A DNA stretch of 54,488 nt, counting the filler, from Sphacelaria rigidula (taxonomy: Eukaryota), in assembly GCA_964200075.2 (NCBI GenBank). It is 3 parts of 3 records of this genome, joined end to end, with 100 filler letters (N's around TTAATTAATTAA, not from the genome) between each part and the next. Parts side by side here need not be neighbours in the genome. Positions count along the whole stretch, not along the records: positions 36,395 to 54,488 come from CAXNAA020000921.1; 2 more parts are not named here. The stretch is one strand, 5' to 3'. The position numbers and the translations under genes were made by a program. Shown piece by piece: positions 36,914 to 49,585 of this stretch. The notes under the pieces were generated by a model, which was not told the DNA's origin, searched no databases, and saw only the letters and a list, made by a program, of their open reading frames with translations. How positions within the stretch are numbered: the first letter of the stretch is position 1; each line of letters starts with the position of its first letter.

Positions 36914-37082
36914 CGGCAAGGTTTGTGCGTTTATTAATCTCTACAGGAATTGTTACTCATGTCTTTAGAGAAGAAAAAAAAAAGTCATTCGTATCTTGTG
37001 TGTTTTGTGTTTTAAAAAAATGAAATGTAATTTGAGGTTTTCATCAATAATGCTGTCAACAGGCGTGCTTCATGTTTTTTTT

Positions 37083-37160
37083 GCTGCTGCTGACCACGGA
37101 CTGGATTGTTGCAATCAGCTAATGTGAGATAGTCAATCAATCAATCAATCAATCATCAAT
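37083..37160 (+). repeat. Retroposon 3'-end stub with (CAAT)n tail
   Basis: ctgaccacgg.ctggattgttgcaatcagctaatgtgagata(atca)n, near-identical at 40330-40402. Confidence 0.65.
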
Positions 37161-38824
37161 GTAGGAAATACAAAACAGACAGGATTAAAAATGATATAAA
37201 ATGGAGACAAACATGTGAAAAAAAAAGAAAAAAAACTGAAAAGAAAAACATGAATGAAATAAGGAAATATAAAATGAAGGTTAAAAAAGAAAATGAACGA
37301 AAAATGGACGAAAAATGGAAAGATACAAAACAAAGTAGAACTAAAAAAACAAGAACAAAATAAAAATTATTGATAGAAATAGCGAAAAAAAAGAAAATGT
37401 GCGCAGCGCTTCAGATGGACTACACCGTAGCAACCTCGCGGTTGCCGCGCATCACGCCGGGAGGCGTGTGTGGCAAAATTAGCCCCCCGCCAGGGTCGCC
37501 CGCAGGGCCGCCGGGGGGCCACAAACATCGTCCGGAGAATGTTTTCTCGTCTTACGGCGACCAAGTAGGGACCCAAATTATGTTCTGTCTTCGGCGAATT
37601 TCATCATGCCGCACATTCGTTTTGGCCTGCGGCACGTCGCCCTCAGTCACATTGCACACCGTACGCTTTTCCTCATCTTCAGTTCCAAATGTACGCTTTT
37701 GAATGCGCACGGGGGCACCCCTTAATCTCAAGCGCTGGTTGTGCGTGTAAATCATTTTCACACTATTGACGGACTGACCAGCTATGATATGACAAGATTT
37801 CTTCCGGCCGTGGTCACTCAAGCTATGGACATTCACTCGAGAAGTACGTAACGTGAACGGGAAAACACTAGTAAGGAAGGGGGGAAATTTAGGTTAAAAA
37901 AAAAAAAAAAAGCGAGAAAAGGAAGGAAAAAAAAAAAAAAAAAATGTAAAAAAACAGAAAAAAAAATGCTGGACGGACAAAATGCATGCAAACCTCCCTT
38001 CTCTTCCCAAGCAAGGTAACACCAAGAGAAAGAAAAAAAAACACTTTCATTCCTTTTCTACCCTATCAATATCAAAATATCGTCCGTGCGAAGTGATTCT
38101 TGGTACCACATCAATATTCGGAACAATATTTAGCCATCTCTAGGACGAGCGTTGGGTATCGTCCATGCGAAACACTTCTTTTACGACACCATTTTTCGGA
38201 ACAACATTCCGTCATCTCTCGGACGAGCTGTTGTTGGGTATGTGTTTCATGTGAACGACAAAAGCTGGATCATGACACAAATACGCGTTCCCTACACACA
38301 ATAGATGAAATGCTCGCATACGTACAAGACGATGTGGACAGACACAAATCTAGGTGATTATTGTCACCAACTATGGACGAGATAAGCCGATTGGTTCCTA
38401 CGTGAAAACAGGTGGATAACACTTGCCGATTACCCGGCAAATCTGATTCTTGAGCTGTCAGACGGTAACCGAGTGGGTATATTTTGTGTTGTTGTGAAAA
38501 AGATGCGTTTCACCCCTGGGGACGACTTGGGTCCTCACCGTTCATCATGTAACCACACGAAAAAAAAATGATATTGGAAATATTCGTACTTTTTTCATAC
38601 TCGTACACCAAAGTCTTGTGGAAAAAAACAACTGGCGAAAAAAGCCGAAGTTGACATTTCGGAGGGGGGGGGGGGGGGGGGGGGGGGGAACCTCACCCAC
38701 ATTCACCCATTACCTTGAATGTTTTTATAGTTAAAATAAAACAGGGGGGGGTGGGGGAGGGAAAACNNNNNNNNNNGATACAAAAGAATAAGCAAAAGTA
38801 GGGGAGAAGAAAGGGGCGAGGGGA

Positions 38825-38871
<47 letters not shown>

Positions 38872-38931
38872 GCGGGGGTAACTCATCCACATTCGACCAT
38901 TACCTTGAATGTCTTCATAGTTACACTATAA

Positions 38932-39137
38932 CAAGGGCGTGTCGGGTAGAGTATACCCGATATTGTTGGTATGAAAAGTGGAGATTCGACCCATGCTCAC
39001 AACAGCAGCTACCACAGTGCTGTAGTTCTCCTCTCCAAAGCCCATACGATTCATTGTGATCGACCTAGGCAGGTGATGTGCGACTTTCCACAATACCAAA
39101 GTATCGGGTATACCCGATATTGCCCGACACACCCTTG
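38932..39137. mobile_element. 206-bp MITE with CAAGGG termini (hAT-like)
   Basis: caagggcgtgtcggg…gtatacccgata / tatcgggtatac…cccgacacacccttg; TSD eroded (cactataa/aactgtga). Confidence 0.65.
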
Positions 39138-39159
39138 AACTGTGATGATAAGATCAAAC

Positions 39160-39500
39160 GTCGAAACTTTGTGGCGGTTGGGTCGTGGGTTCGAATTTCT
39201 TGGCGAAATCACACGATCCACTGTTTTTTCTCGCACCATGCCCAACAGCGGAGAGCGACTATGTCGTGGGTACACAAAATTCGACTTCACGGTCGACGAC
39301 GGAAACGGACCTCTGAACCCCTCTCACGATAAAAAGAAAGGCAAGCATCGCAGAAGAAAAAAGTGGAGTTCTCAAACAAAAGAAAAATAGAAAAAACACT
39401 CCTGTGTTGACCTTCCTCCTGTGTGACCCCGGCTGGTGCGCCCACATATACCGAAAGGTGTAGACTGGCGTTCAGAATAGAAGTGACGGCAACACACAAC
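39160..39500 (+). mobile_element. SINE family 1, 5'-truncated
   Basis: Aligns by eye to 1700-2030 from the B-box to the acacacaacac tail. Confidence 0.8.
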
Positions 39501-40179
39501 ACAGACTCAACCAATACTTTGGCGAGCGTTTCGTCTATTTATCTACACGTACCTTGGGAATATCTATCGGGTGACCACGATTGGCATTCGCAGAGCATCA
39601 TCTACTGTGCGACAGTCAATCCCATACCCTTCAAAATTGCTCACAGCGACAGATTCATTTCGAATCGCGCTTTCCCATCGTACACCTAATTACTGTTTAC
39701 TCGAGCCACACAAACAAACAAGCAAACAAGCAAACAAAATCGGGAGGGTTTTTCAAGTTTTTTTTTTCAAAACGAAATTCGAGTAGTTCTTTTACTATAA
39801 TGGTTGAACATCGAGATTTGAACGATACCAGAAATGGCCAACAACATTGGCGCTCCATCCCGACTATTTCTACATAACCACAGGGAGAATGCTCCAACCT
39901 TTCAACAACAATCCGTTCGATCCCGTCTACCGCCCGGCTTTTCCGACGAGTTCCAATATTGTTTTGTTGCTGGAAGCGGCAAAGTACAGTCGTATAACGC
40001 CGCGACCCGGTGGCCTGAATTAAAAGGGTCCAACTGACATCGCTAGGTCAGGAAAAAGGACGCGGAGGGGGGTGATTCCTCCAGATTCATCTAGTTTGCC
40101 TTATTTTCTCAGATCCATACGATTTTCGTCGTTGAATAGGTAAGGCTGTGATTAGCAAAAAGAGTCTGTTTAAGTCTAT

Positions 40180-40440
40180 TCGATGGCGGTCGACGGTCGA
40201 CGCGGTGTGGGGGAGTGCTGTCATGATCCAATCCGCGCTAGCAACATGTAAAGGCGTGTAATGTGGGAGATATTTGGTTCATCCCGCGAAACCGCGGTTT
40301 GGTTCCGAGGAAGGCGAGGGGTCATATTTTTGCTGCTCCTGACCACGGGCTGGATTGTTGCAATCAGCTAATGTGAGATAATCAATCAATCAATCAATCA
40401 ATGGGCGAGACAGAAAAAGAAAGGGCCGCGACTTACAGAG
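40180..40440 (+). mobile_element. Repeat/SINE family 2 copy interrupted by a (CAAT)n-tailed stub
   Basis: gtcgacgcggtgtgg.ggagtgctgtcatgatccaa core; insertion at about 40325-40402. Confidence 0.5.
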
Positions 40441-41364
40441 ATGAGAGGGTTTCAGTGCTGCTTTCATAGATACGGGTCAAATTATATAAGGCGTACACAA
40501 ATTTCAAGTACTTTTTTTTCATTTCATGAGTCCCTCTACATGATACATGGTATATCGTATGATATAACGCAAACTTGATTTTAGTATCGATCCCGTCATA
40601 TATGTTTTCCCGGGCCTTCTAGGCCCCGCAGCCGCAGTGCAGTACGGTGCGGTGGCGGGATGATATCCTGAACAACGACGTCCCCACAAGCGGTGCTCTG
40701 TCGTTTGGTATACGGGTTAGTGTACCCAACGTTCGCTTCGAGCGTCGCCGTGCCCGCGGTATGGTTGCGGTGGCCGCGGTCGGCGTTGGTTGCAGTCTTC
40801 GTTTGCGCTTTGCTTGCTCCAGCATCCTGCACGGCTTTTGGATACGGGGCATGAGACAATATATTTGCAATCGTCGTCGTTGTGTGTTGTTTGTTTCATG
40901 CTGCCCGGACGAAACAACCCCGACAAAAAAAAAAGCGAAATATATCCGCATCAATGCTGCGTGCCGCAGCAATGAGTAGCACACGCGTTTTCACAAAAAA
41001 ACACAAATAATATTCGTACAAAAATCATGAGACACAACGAAAATGGCTGATTTCAGGTCAATTGTACGACCTGTACCTGTCAAGTCGGTGTCAGTGCGAA
41101 AAGGTGATCCCCTGACAGACACTTGTGGGACCTTGCCCCTTCTGTGTGATGGTACTCACATCAGCCCCCCCTTTCATGCACTCCTGGGACGTTTTGTAGG
41201 AATATCTATTGACGCCGGCTAGCGGTAGGAATCTTGCCTTTAGCTTCACATATATTCTACGTGTGCTGGGTCACCTAACCAACACTCGTCGCAAGAGATA
41301 TCCGTGAGGTTTGAACTCTTCTACCGAGGGTATGCACAATTTTTGTTTTTTGCTCCCACCGATT

Positions 41365-41440
41365 TGGTGGATTCCGGGATTCGAATCCGGGACCTTCTGT
41401 TCGTGAGGCGTACGAGCTATCTCATAGTGTCGCTAGTGTG
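41365..41440 (-). pseudogene. Decayed tRNA-like sequence (probable SINE head)
   Basis: Reverse complement has the T-arm ccgga-ttcgaat-cccgg followed by …ccacca; D and anticodon stems pair poorly. Confidence 0.4.
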
Positions 41441-42860
41441 AAAGGGTGGTTTTTCGACAGGTACTTGTCGTAACTTGTCCCTTCTGTGTGGTGGTTCCCA
41501 CACCAAGGTTTACATAGGAATATTTGAGTTTTGGCTCCTTTACCTTTACTGTTTTGACCCAAAAGAGGAAATATCGCCGACAAGAGTCTTCGACAAACTT
41601 GCCTAAAATCCAAGTGGACATGGAGCAAATGTGACACTTATTGCGAAATTTGCGAAAGTTCCACATCGTCTCAAGATTTCCCTGCGGGGTTTTGGCAAAT
41701 GACCATTTTCGAAATCTATCCTAGGAGCCCGAAAAATTCGACAGTGAGACAGACCCCCCCTGCGTGAGGTGAAGCTTAGTGTCCAAGACATGTATGAGGT
41801 GGCTATATTTGCTGTCTTGGAGTCAAAAATGGTGTAGTGTGAGGTGTCCGAGACTCGTGCATCCCTGATGCAAATTTTTGTACCAGCTTTAAAAAGCGGC
41901 CTCGCCTGGTGAAAAAAGTACCATCGTTCATAATTTGCAAAATAATGTGTGTGTGTGGGTCGTTCATGAACCGTGGCGTATTATTCCCTGATGTTAGGGC
42001 TCGGTACCTACTGGACCAGTAATTACATACACACTGGTAGTAAGACTGGCTTTGACAAGTGTCCTGGTACCGGCAGTGTTCCTGTACTAGAAAAAGAGCA
42101 GCCGGCACTGCCAGTACTTTCCTATTCACGTACGTCCCACTCTAACGCCCAATCATTGAACGGAAGAGTACGATAGCGCCCCTCCCTCCCCAACAGCGGC
42201 TGGGTTGAGGAGGCAAAATTTCCATACGAATCAGAATGACTATGACTGAGCACACCGAGCAGCTAGAAACTCGCACGGTTGGGATCGTTTTTGCCAGTAT
42301 CGCCCATGTGAAGCGCTTGATGTGGTCCGGAACTATTATACCTATCATGCGCTGTATAGCCATTTTCCTTGTGACAATTTTGGGGCTGGTTTGAGGGGCG
42401 GGGTTATCGCGACATCGCTCGGAAACCCATTTCATTGTGTTATCAGTGAAGCAGAATCGCATCTTTTTTGCTCTAGTGACATGTGGTTGTTTTCGTCTCC
42501 TTCTCCTTCTCCTCCTCCTTCTTCAGCGAGTGTGTCCGTTTTGTTTTTGTGTTGGGTACGTCTATCATGTGACCACGGCTGGATCATGATCCCTGGCGGG
42601 TCAGTTTAAGTGCGACAATCAATCAATCCATAATCGATCCATAATCAAGAAAACCAATAAAGTCAAATCAGTGAAGCGCAATCTGGTGATAATGCACCTC
42701 CAGCGGGGCTTCGCCGCGGACCCACGGTACTGGCAGGATCCAGTATACTGTCTGGCTGTGTCAGTACACAGCCCTGGCTATGCATTCACAGCCCTGGCTA
42801 TGCATTCATCATATACAACGTATCTTGTACGTACGGGTACTCCAAACGTTCACAGCCCAC

Positions 42861-42966
42861 CTCCAGCCACCTCACGGCATTTTTCCACCGGATCTGCCAG
42901 CATTGCCACTAGGCGCTCCGATAAATATCTGGCGAAAAATGCACGCATCACCGCCGGTTCAGGACC
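42861..42966 (-). CDS. DNAAF5: DNAAF5 (HEATR2) exon 2
   Basis: aatag|GGT and GAG|gtgggc; GPEPAVMRAFFARYLSERLVAMLADPVEKCREVA (D-x-x-EKCRE motif); phase 0 to 1 fits both neighbours. Confidence 0.85.
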
Positions 42967-43015
42967 CTATTACCGAACACGCACACAACAAAACAGCAAA
43001 AACGGGGTGTGAGGT

Positions 43016-43050
<35 letters not shown>

Positions 43051-43200
43051 GGTAAAAGATATTATTTTAGGAACCGTTTTTTTTTTTGTTTGTTGTGTGG
43101 CCCTGGGTTGTTTCGGGTAAAGTTNNNNNNNNNNAAACACCCCCCACCCCCCGCCGGGGCGGGCCTCGCAGAGAGGACGCCGCGAGAAAAAGAGAGAAAA

Positions 43201-43237
<37 letters not shown>

Positions 43238-43536
43238 CAGGAGGGAGGAGATTCAAAGATATCATTTCAGTCACCGTTTATTTTCCGCCGTTTTGCGTCG
43301 CCCTGCGTTGTTTCCGGTACAACTTTTCTCGATGTATTTACTACGCGCGCGCAAATATATAATGTTAGCATATATAAACGGAGTTGATGTATTTTTTGCT
43401 GCGGTACTCGCTTCATGACGGTACAGCGCGTCCATCTAAATACAGCACGAAGGGTGGTGCCGAAGATGCCAGAATATCGCGCGTTCTGTAGCCCACCCAG
43501 CAACTGGCTGCCTCTTTTTTTTGTTCTTCTTCCCAC

Positions 43537-43719
43537 CTTTGATTCTCGGAAAAAAACCTGCTGTAGCTTGGTCAGAGCGCGGCGTCGCGTGGTACGGTCC
43601 TGATCTGAAAGACCGTTAATATCTCGCTGCAGGCGTTGGCGCAGCTGCGACATGGATGTCTCCTCGGCCAGTGACATGCCATTGCTCGGAGCCTGAGCTG
43701 GGGCTGAGGAGGACGACAT
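43537..43719 (-). CDS. DNAAF5: DNAAF5 (HEATR2) exon 1
   Basis: ATG at 43719 (alternative at 43677); LQRDINGLSDQDRTTRRRALTKL is the HEATR2 N-terminal signature; AAG|gtggga donor. Confidence 0.8.
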
Positions 43720-45822
43720 GACCGGAACGTCCGCAATGTATTTTTGGCTCCGTTGTCGCTTGCTTGGAGTCGAAATGATGACAATCGGTTAAAAAATGCT
43801 GCTGTTGTCGTTGCTGCCACTGCTGTTGCTGTTGCTGCTGCTGGGTGTGAACGGGGTCCCACGCAGTTTTAAATCTCTCCAGAAACAAGTCGTTTTTGGA
43901 ACCTTGACTTCCTCGAAACCTGCGTTAGCCACGCCGACGACATTCAGTGGCACCATTGGCAATAGATTTGATCGAGAGGTTTCCGATGAGACGGGGTCTT
44001 CCGGAACTGTACCGCAGTTTTGCTTTTCGATAGAGATACAGGGTGATGAAAGGCTTGTCAACAGCGGGTGTTATTCCCCGTCACCTACTGTTGCTTCGGA
44101 ACTACAGTAGTAGCACACCGTAGTAAGGGGGGGAGCAGAGGCCGAGTGACTCATGTTGCTTGACTAGCCTGAACGTTTTGAATATGGTATGTCCCACCGA
44201 AATGTGTTGGAAATCTTGTTGTCTGCATGAAGAAATCACACAAACTTGTTCAGGTGCAAAGACGGTCGCGTTCGTCTTGAAAAATCAGTGCTTGACACGT
44301 TGCGGAAAATATGGAGGGGGGGGGGAAGTGTACGATACAGACAGTGTACACCTAGATTTGAAGCCAGTCCCACGATTTTCTCGAGAAGCTAACACTCCAC
44401 ACTCTCATGGAACCCTGATGCATTGAAATATCCTGACGAGACTCTTTATCAAACGGCAAAGTTATCCGCGGCGCCGCAGTTCTGGCGAGAGCGGAGGATT
44501 AAGAAACTCGTCGCCTGGGGGTGTTATACACCGTCACGCAAAGATGGAACTGTGGACTGAGAGGGGGATCCTGAGCTAGACACAGAGGCTAGCTGCCACA
44601 GCAAAGATCCAGAGACCTAGAGACTACCGTGCCCCTCCTTCAGATTTTTCCCACCGTGTGATATTCAGAGACGGCTTGCCGCATAGCCTGCAAATAGCGT
44701 GGGTCAGACGCTAGTTGCAGGCGATCGAAGCTCGACGTCAAAGATCTCCTGTCTGGACTGACCGTAAGATCTGCACCACCCTTCTGTGTGTACGAGTACC
44801 GCCTTCCTTCGTTGAACCAGCCAAAAGGGTGTGTAAGTGCTGAAGACACGAACAAACCACATAATAATTCATGTGATACGCTAAGGAGCTTTCTGTAACC
44901 CTCAGTTATCTCTATCCACAGCAATCAGCTACTGCTTTTCATAGGCAGTGTAGGGACAGGCCGATATCTACTTTTCGCACCAAAAATAATTTTTGCCCTG
45001 TCATGTGTGGAGGTGCTTGATCTACTTACCCACACGAGGCGATCTCCCGCCGCCCTTACCCTTTCTCGGAAAGAGATCTATGATGAAGGGATGGACGGTG
45101 ATGAAAATCTTTTAAAGCACCCACCTGCTCTCCTTGTCAGACCCACGGGTGCCCGCTTTGCTGTACATGCAAGGTGCATTATAAACTGCACTTCTACCTG
45201 AGTCGCGGATCTGAGAAATCGGGCAACCGACCAAAAATTATAGTGAATGCATCGTCGCTGATAAATCCGTAATTTTCGCTCTTGTTGGCTTTCATTTCTA
45301 TTGTGAACATTTCTTATGAACAATTATGAGCAGTGGCCTCAGCTCTACCTACATATATGAGTTCTATACCAACTGATTTATTAAGGGTGTGAATACAGAT
45401 GCGTCAAAGTCGTGAAAATAAAGAAATGCATTCTAGGTGGCTGAATTTCTTTTGACTTCAGGTCTTAGTATAATTTATGTCTATGAATGTAGACAGCACA
45501 AAAACATAAAACTGAGTGATGACCTCACAAAGTTTCAACAAGGGGTTCAAACGTCAACTACATCTTCCTGAAGCCCCCCCCGCCCAAAAGAGCCTTCTTG
45601 AAGTCACAGAACAGCATTGCACATACCAGCATACACCACAACCACGACAGGATTCATAACTGATCGACACACGGCGAAACTTACATAGCCTCGTCACCTC
45701 GGCCTCATCACACTCTTCCTCCGCCACGGCATAGTGCGCTTCCTTCACAACGAAATAACTCCGCGCTCACATCTCGTCCCTGTCCTGAACACTACTGGAC
45801 TGGGCATAACATCGTCATCAAC

Positions 45823-47285
45823 ATGAAGGCAGCGATCAGCACACGGGTCGGCCTCACGGAAGATTCGGCGAGCGAGTCGGACTATGACTTCGTCAGCGAC
45901 CCTGAGAACACCCCACCATCAAGTCCGCGCGCGGGCGCCGCCGCTGGAGCGGCTGGAGAGAGTCCCGGTGGCAGCGGCTCCGCCATAGCGGCGGAGCCGG
46001 CCGTAGTGGTGGTCGGACCCAGCGCTGTAGGAGAGATCGCTGGTTTGATTTCCACTGTTGCACCTGGTGGGGGTAGCGGCACGACGAAGGCACCCTTGTT
46101 CAAGTGCGCGGTGTGTGCTGGATTGCTGAGGGACTGCGTCGAGTGTCCGCGTTGCCACAGTCTTTTCTGCCGAAAGCACTTGACCGTGAACAAATACGGG
46201 AGGAGCCCGTGCGCGTACAAGCCATGTTGTTCCACCTCGACCGACGACTCCAACATCAACAACAACCCAACAGGTGCAGGCAGTTCCAGGAAGAGCAAGT
46301 CGAGAATCACCTCCGTTCTTTCAAACAACACCATGCCCCCCAACGTCAACGACAGCAATGCAACAGCAGCAGCTGCTGCAGCATCCTCTCTCCCGGAGGA
46401 AGCGTTCCAGCCCAACATCCCCGTCCAGCGCATGGCAGACGCCGTTCCGTCCGTCTGCAAAGCCTGCAACCTGAGCCTCACCTGGGGCGAACTCGGCTCA
46501 CACACGTGCGATCTCCAGATCGTTCCGTGCCCCGAAGCCCGGTGGGGGTGCACGTGGACCGGCCGCCGAGTTCAGTTGGCGAGCCACTCGGCAGGGAAGG
46601 GGAGTTCAACTTGCCCCGGCCGCATCGCGCGCGTGGAAAACAAGCTCTCCGAGGTGCGCGCCGAGCTATCTGCTTCTCGAGGGGAGGTCCTCGCCGCCCG
46701 GGAAGCGTGCCGAGCTATGGAGCGTCGCGCCCTTGAGGCGGAGATCAAAGTCTCTAAGATGGAGGAAGCGTGTTCTGCGCGTCTGCGCGAGAGGGAAGAG
46801 GAGAAGGCTCGGGCAGACGCGGCGGTTGCGGCGCTTGAGAAGGCGAACGCGGATATCGATAAGCTAAAGAAGGCTACTATTTCGAGTGCCAGGGTAGCTT
46901 TTAGAGGAGCCCCTGATAACAAGGCGTCCGGTACTACTGCCGCTCCTACTGCTTCAACTCAAGAGCAACAACAACAACAGCAACACGGTCTGGGGGCGAT
47001 CACAGCTATGTTCACCGGCAGCGTCAGCAGCACCGAGGCAGTCACAAACCGAGACAGCAACAGCAGCGCAAGCGGTACTGCGGGTAGCCAACAACAGTTG
47101 CCTTCTTCCCCTAGCCGGCGTCAAAGATCTACTGCATCTGCTGCTTCCACGACTTCAAGGATGCCACAGGCAGCAGTCGAGGCCGCGTGCCAGGCGCCGG
47201 TGCCCGCTACGGAGGCGTGCTTGAGACCGTACCTGGAACGGCCCGACTCCTTGCTTGAGAAGAAGGTTGTGGTCTTCTGGCCTAG
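45823..47285 (+). CDS. RING-like plus TRAF/SIAH-type zinc-finger plus coiled-coil protein, long first exon
   Basis: 488-aa ORF; CAVC…CPRCHSLFCRKH…C; CKAC…H.C…VPCPEARWGCTWTGRRVQLASH…C; heptad-rich E/A/K/R segment; probable donor TAG|gtgagg after KKVVVFWP. Confidence 0.85.
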
Positions 47286-49462
47286 GTGAGGCAACATCAA
47301 CAGCACTTTCCTGAAGCATCGCGGGCTTGTTTTTATTTGTCACCACTCCGGGTACCGTGAAGAATTTTCAACGTAAGGGGTGTGTATCATGCATGTTACC
47401 GTCTTCAAGTTCGATGAAATGGCACCGAGGTTGTAATGGGAGAGAGGTGTATCGGCTCGACGCCTGAAACACAAGCAGGGGTAGACGGTAGATAGCAGTG
47501 TGCTTTGTGCATGTGCGTACTTGACAAAAGTTTTTTCAAAGTTTAAATTCGTGAACAAATTCGGAGGGATTGCACCGTACTACGATTGTATGCTCTGGAG
47601 CTGTGCTTTTCTGTAGAACTGGTGTATACTCAAATGCTAGTGTTTTCAAGGGCGCTGATTCGATTCAGTACGGTCAAGTTTCCGTGCATACATTTCGCGC
47701 ATGCACAACGAATCACACAATCCAGGCCTTAGGTCTTCCTGGTGTTGATGCACGTACTATTTTACTTCCTATCCTGGTCGGTGTCGGTGTCTGTCGTGTA
47801 CGGAGAACAACATGACATATTCAGCATACACGAAACTCTTATACAACGCATGTGGTTGTTGTGGTTGTTGTTGTTATTGTTGTCGTTGTTGTAATTGTCA
47901 ATTATTCTTGTAATCGTTAATGGTTGTTGTATCCGGGGGAAAAAAAAAAGTCTTGGATCGTTTGTTGCTTGCTGTGTTCAGGCGCACAGAGAACTCGCGA
48001 ACGTTCAACAACAATCATGAATATATGGCATAATATTCTGCACTACCCGACCACTTGACAAACGCTGTACTGTATGAGCGCGGTACCGCAGCAGGGTGGA
48101 GACCGCCTTCTTCAGAAAATGGGTAGAAGGCCATGATGCCCGAGCCGATACGCCTGTTGAGGATACGACACGTGGTTCCCAGATGTGCACCGATCTTTTG
48201 CAAGTCCCATTTGTCACTGCTGGACACGGCACGGCTGGATTGAATTCGTGAGCGGACCCGTGATGTGACGACAATCGATGAACCCAACTAACCCAATGAA
48301 GTACTGCCTACTCCACCTATTCGATCAGCGACGAGGACCGCAGACCGTTTCACCGTCAGAGTGGAGTCGAGCGTTCATTCGGCATTAGATCATATTTTCG
48401 TTTGAAAATCTCCCATATTCGACGTATGTATATGTGCATATATATACGTATACATGCATAAGTAGGTGACCCCATCCCAGCGGTAGAATCGGATGCTCGA
48501 AAAGTAAATTTGTTTTTGCGAAAAAAAAATCAAACGAACAACCAAAATCCGCGCACCAAAAAAAAAGAAAAAGCAACTCCGCGCAACTGCACTATTATTG
48601 TGGTTCCGCTAAGGCTTCACTTTCCGTAGGTGACGGCATAACACAGATGGATGGGAGATATTGTAACGATCGCGGGTGCCTGCGTGCACCACCAGGAAGC
48701 AGTGGAATGCAATGGCCACCGTTTTTTTCGCCAGCAAGGACCTTTTTTCCGCGTACTTTGGCGCTGTGGAAAGTGTGCTCATCGAAAAGTGTCGAAATGG
48801 GTGACTCGTGACTGGAGATTCACAACCAGGGAATGAAGGGGCTCAGACAGCAGTCGGGTAGTAGATGCTTCCATGTTCCGTCAATTCACAACAGTACAAA
48901 GTATTGCTTTGCTGCAGCAGCACTAAACAAGGAGTATCTTGGGGAGCGCTGGATGCTGACGTCCCGGTGGGGTAGTACTCATGTATTTCATACGCATATC
49001 CCCCTCCACTTTTTGTTTGGATGCTTATTAATATTAGGGCGTGTTCTCAGCACGTTATCTTTCGATCGAAAAAGGGCGTTGGGAAAAGACAAATTTCGAT
49101 CTGATAGGTCTGGATCCCTGGGGGGTCAGTTGAAGTGCGACAATCAATTCATCAAATGAATCAGAAGGTCGTCGTTTTCAACATAGATGACGTGGACATG
49201 AACGACGGCTCTATCACATCACTCGTCACCGCAGATGGTAGTATGGCGGCCATGGTCTCCCCCCAACATATGCCCCAAGACTTCGTGTGCTGCTGCTCCA
49301 GTAAGTCAAGAGAAGGAAGTCGCCAGATCGACCGATTGGATACTCGGAAAAGCGTCAAACTGAGGGCGAACAATATCCGCATCCGTTTTGGAGTTGTCCT
49401 TACTATTATAAGGCCACATTCTGTCAAGTGTGCGCGCGTGTGTGTGTTCGTCGTTCGATATA

Positions 49463-49585
49463 TTATGGACCCTACACCTTTCGGTATATGTGGGCACATC
49501 AACCGGGGTCACACAGGAGGAAGGTCAACGCAGGACTTTTTTTTTCATGTTTTGTTCAAGCCCTGCACCTTCCTTCTGCGGTGTA
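49463..49585 (-). mobile_element. SINE family 1, 3' fragment
   Basis: ctacacctttcggtatatgtgggcac…ccggggtcacacaggaggaaggtcaac. Confidence 0.7.

Noticed and set aside
38660-38925. Short duplication around poly-G runs and a 10-N gap (similar at 43010-43240)
   Set aside because: Looks like low-quality read ends after G homopolymers, i.e. an assembly artefact
43790-44850. Heme-peroxidase-like C-terminus (DPRYL…LFLERFKTAW)
   Set aside because: Resemblance is limited to a few residues, no catalytic His motifs are visible, and the splice phases do not join
47981-49300. Candidate downstream exons of the RING/TRAF gene (near 47982, 48092, 49165)
   Set aside because: Several AG/GT options but no phase-consistent set with a recognisable domain
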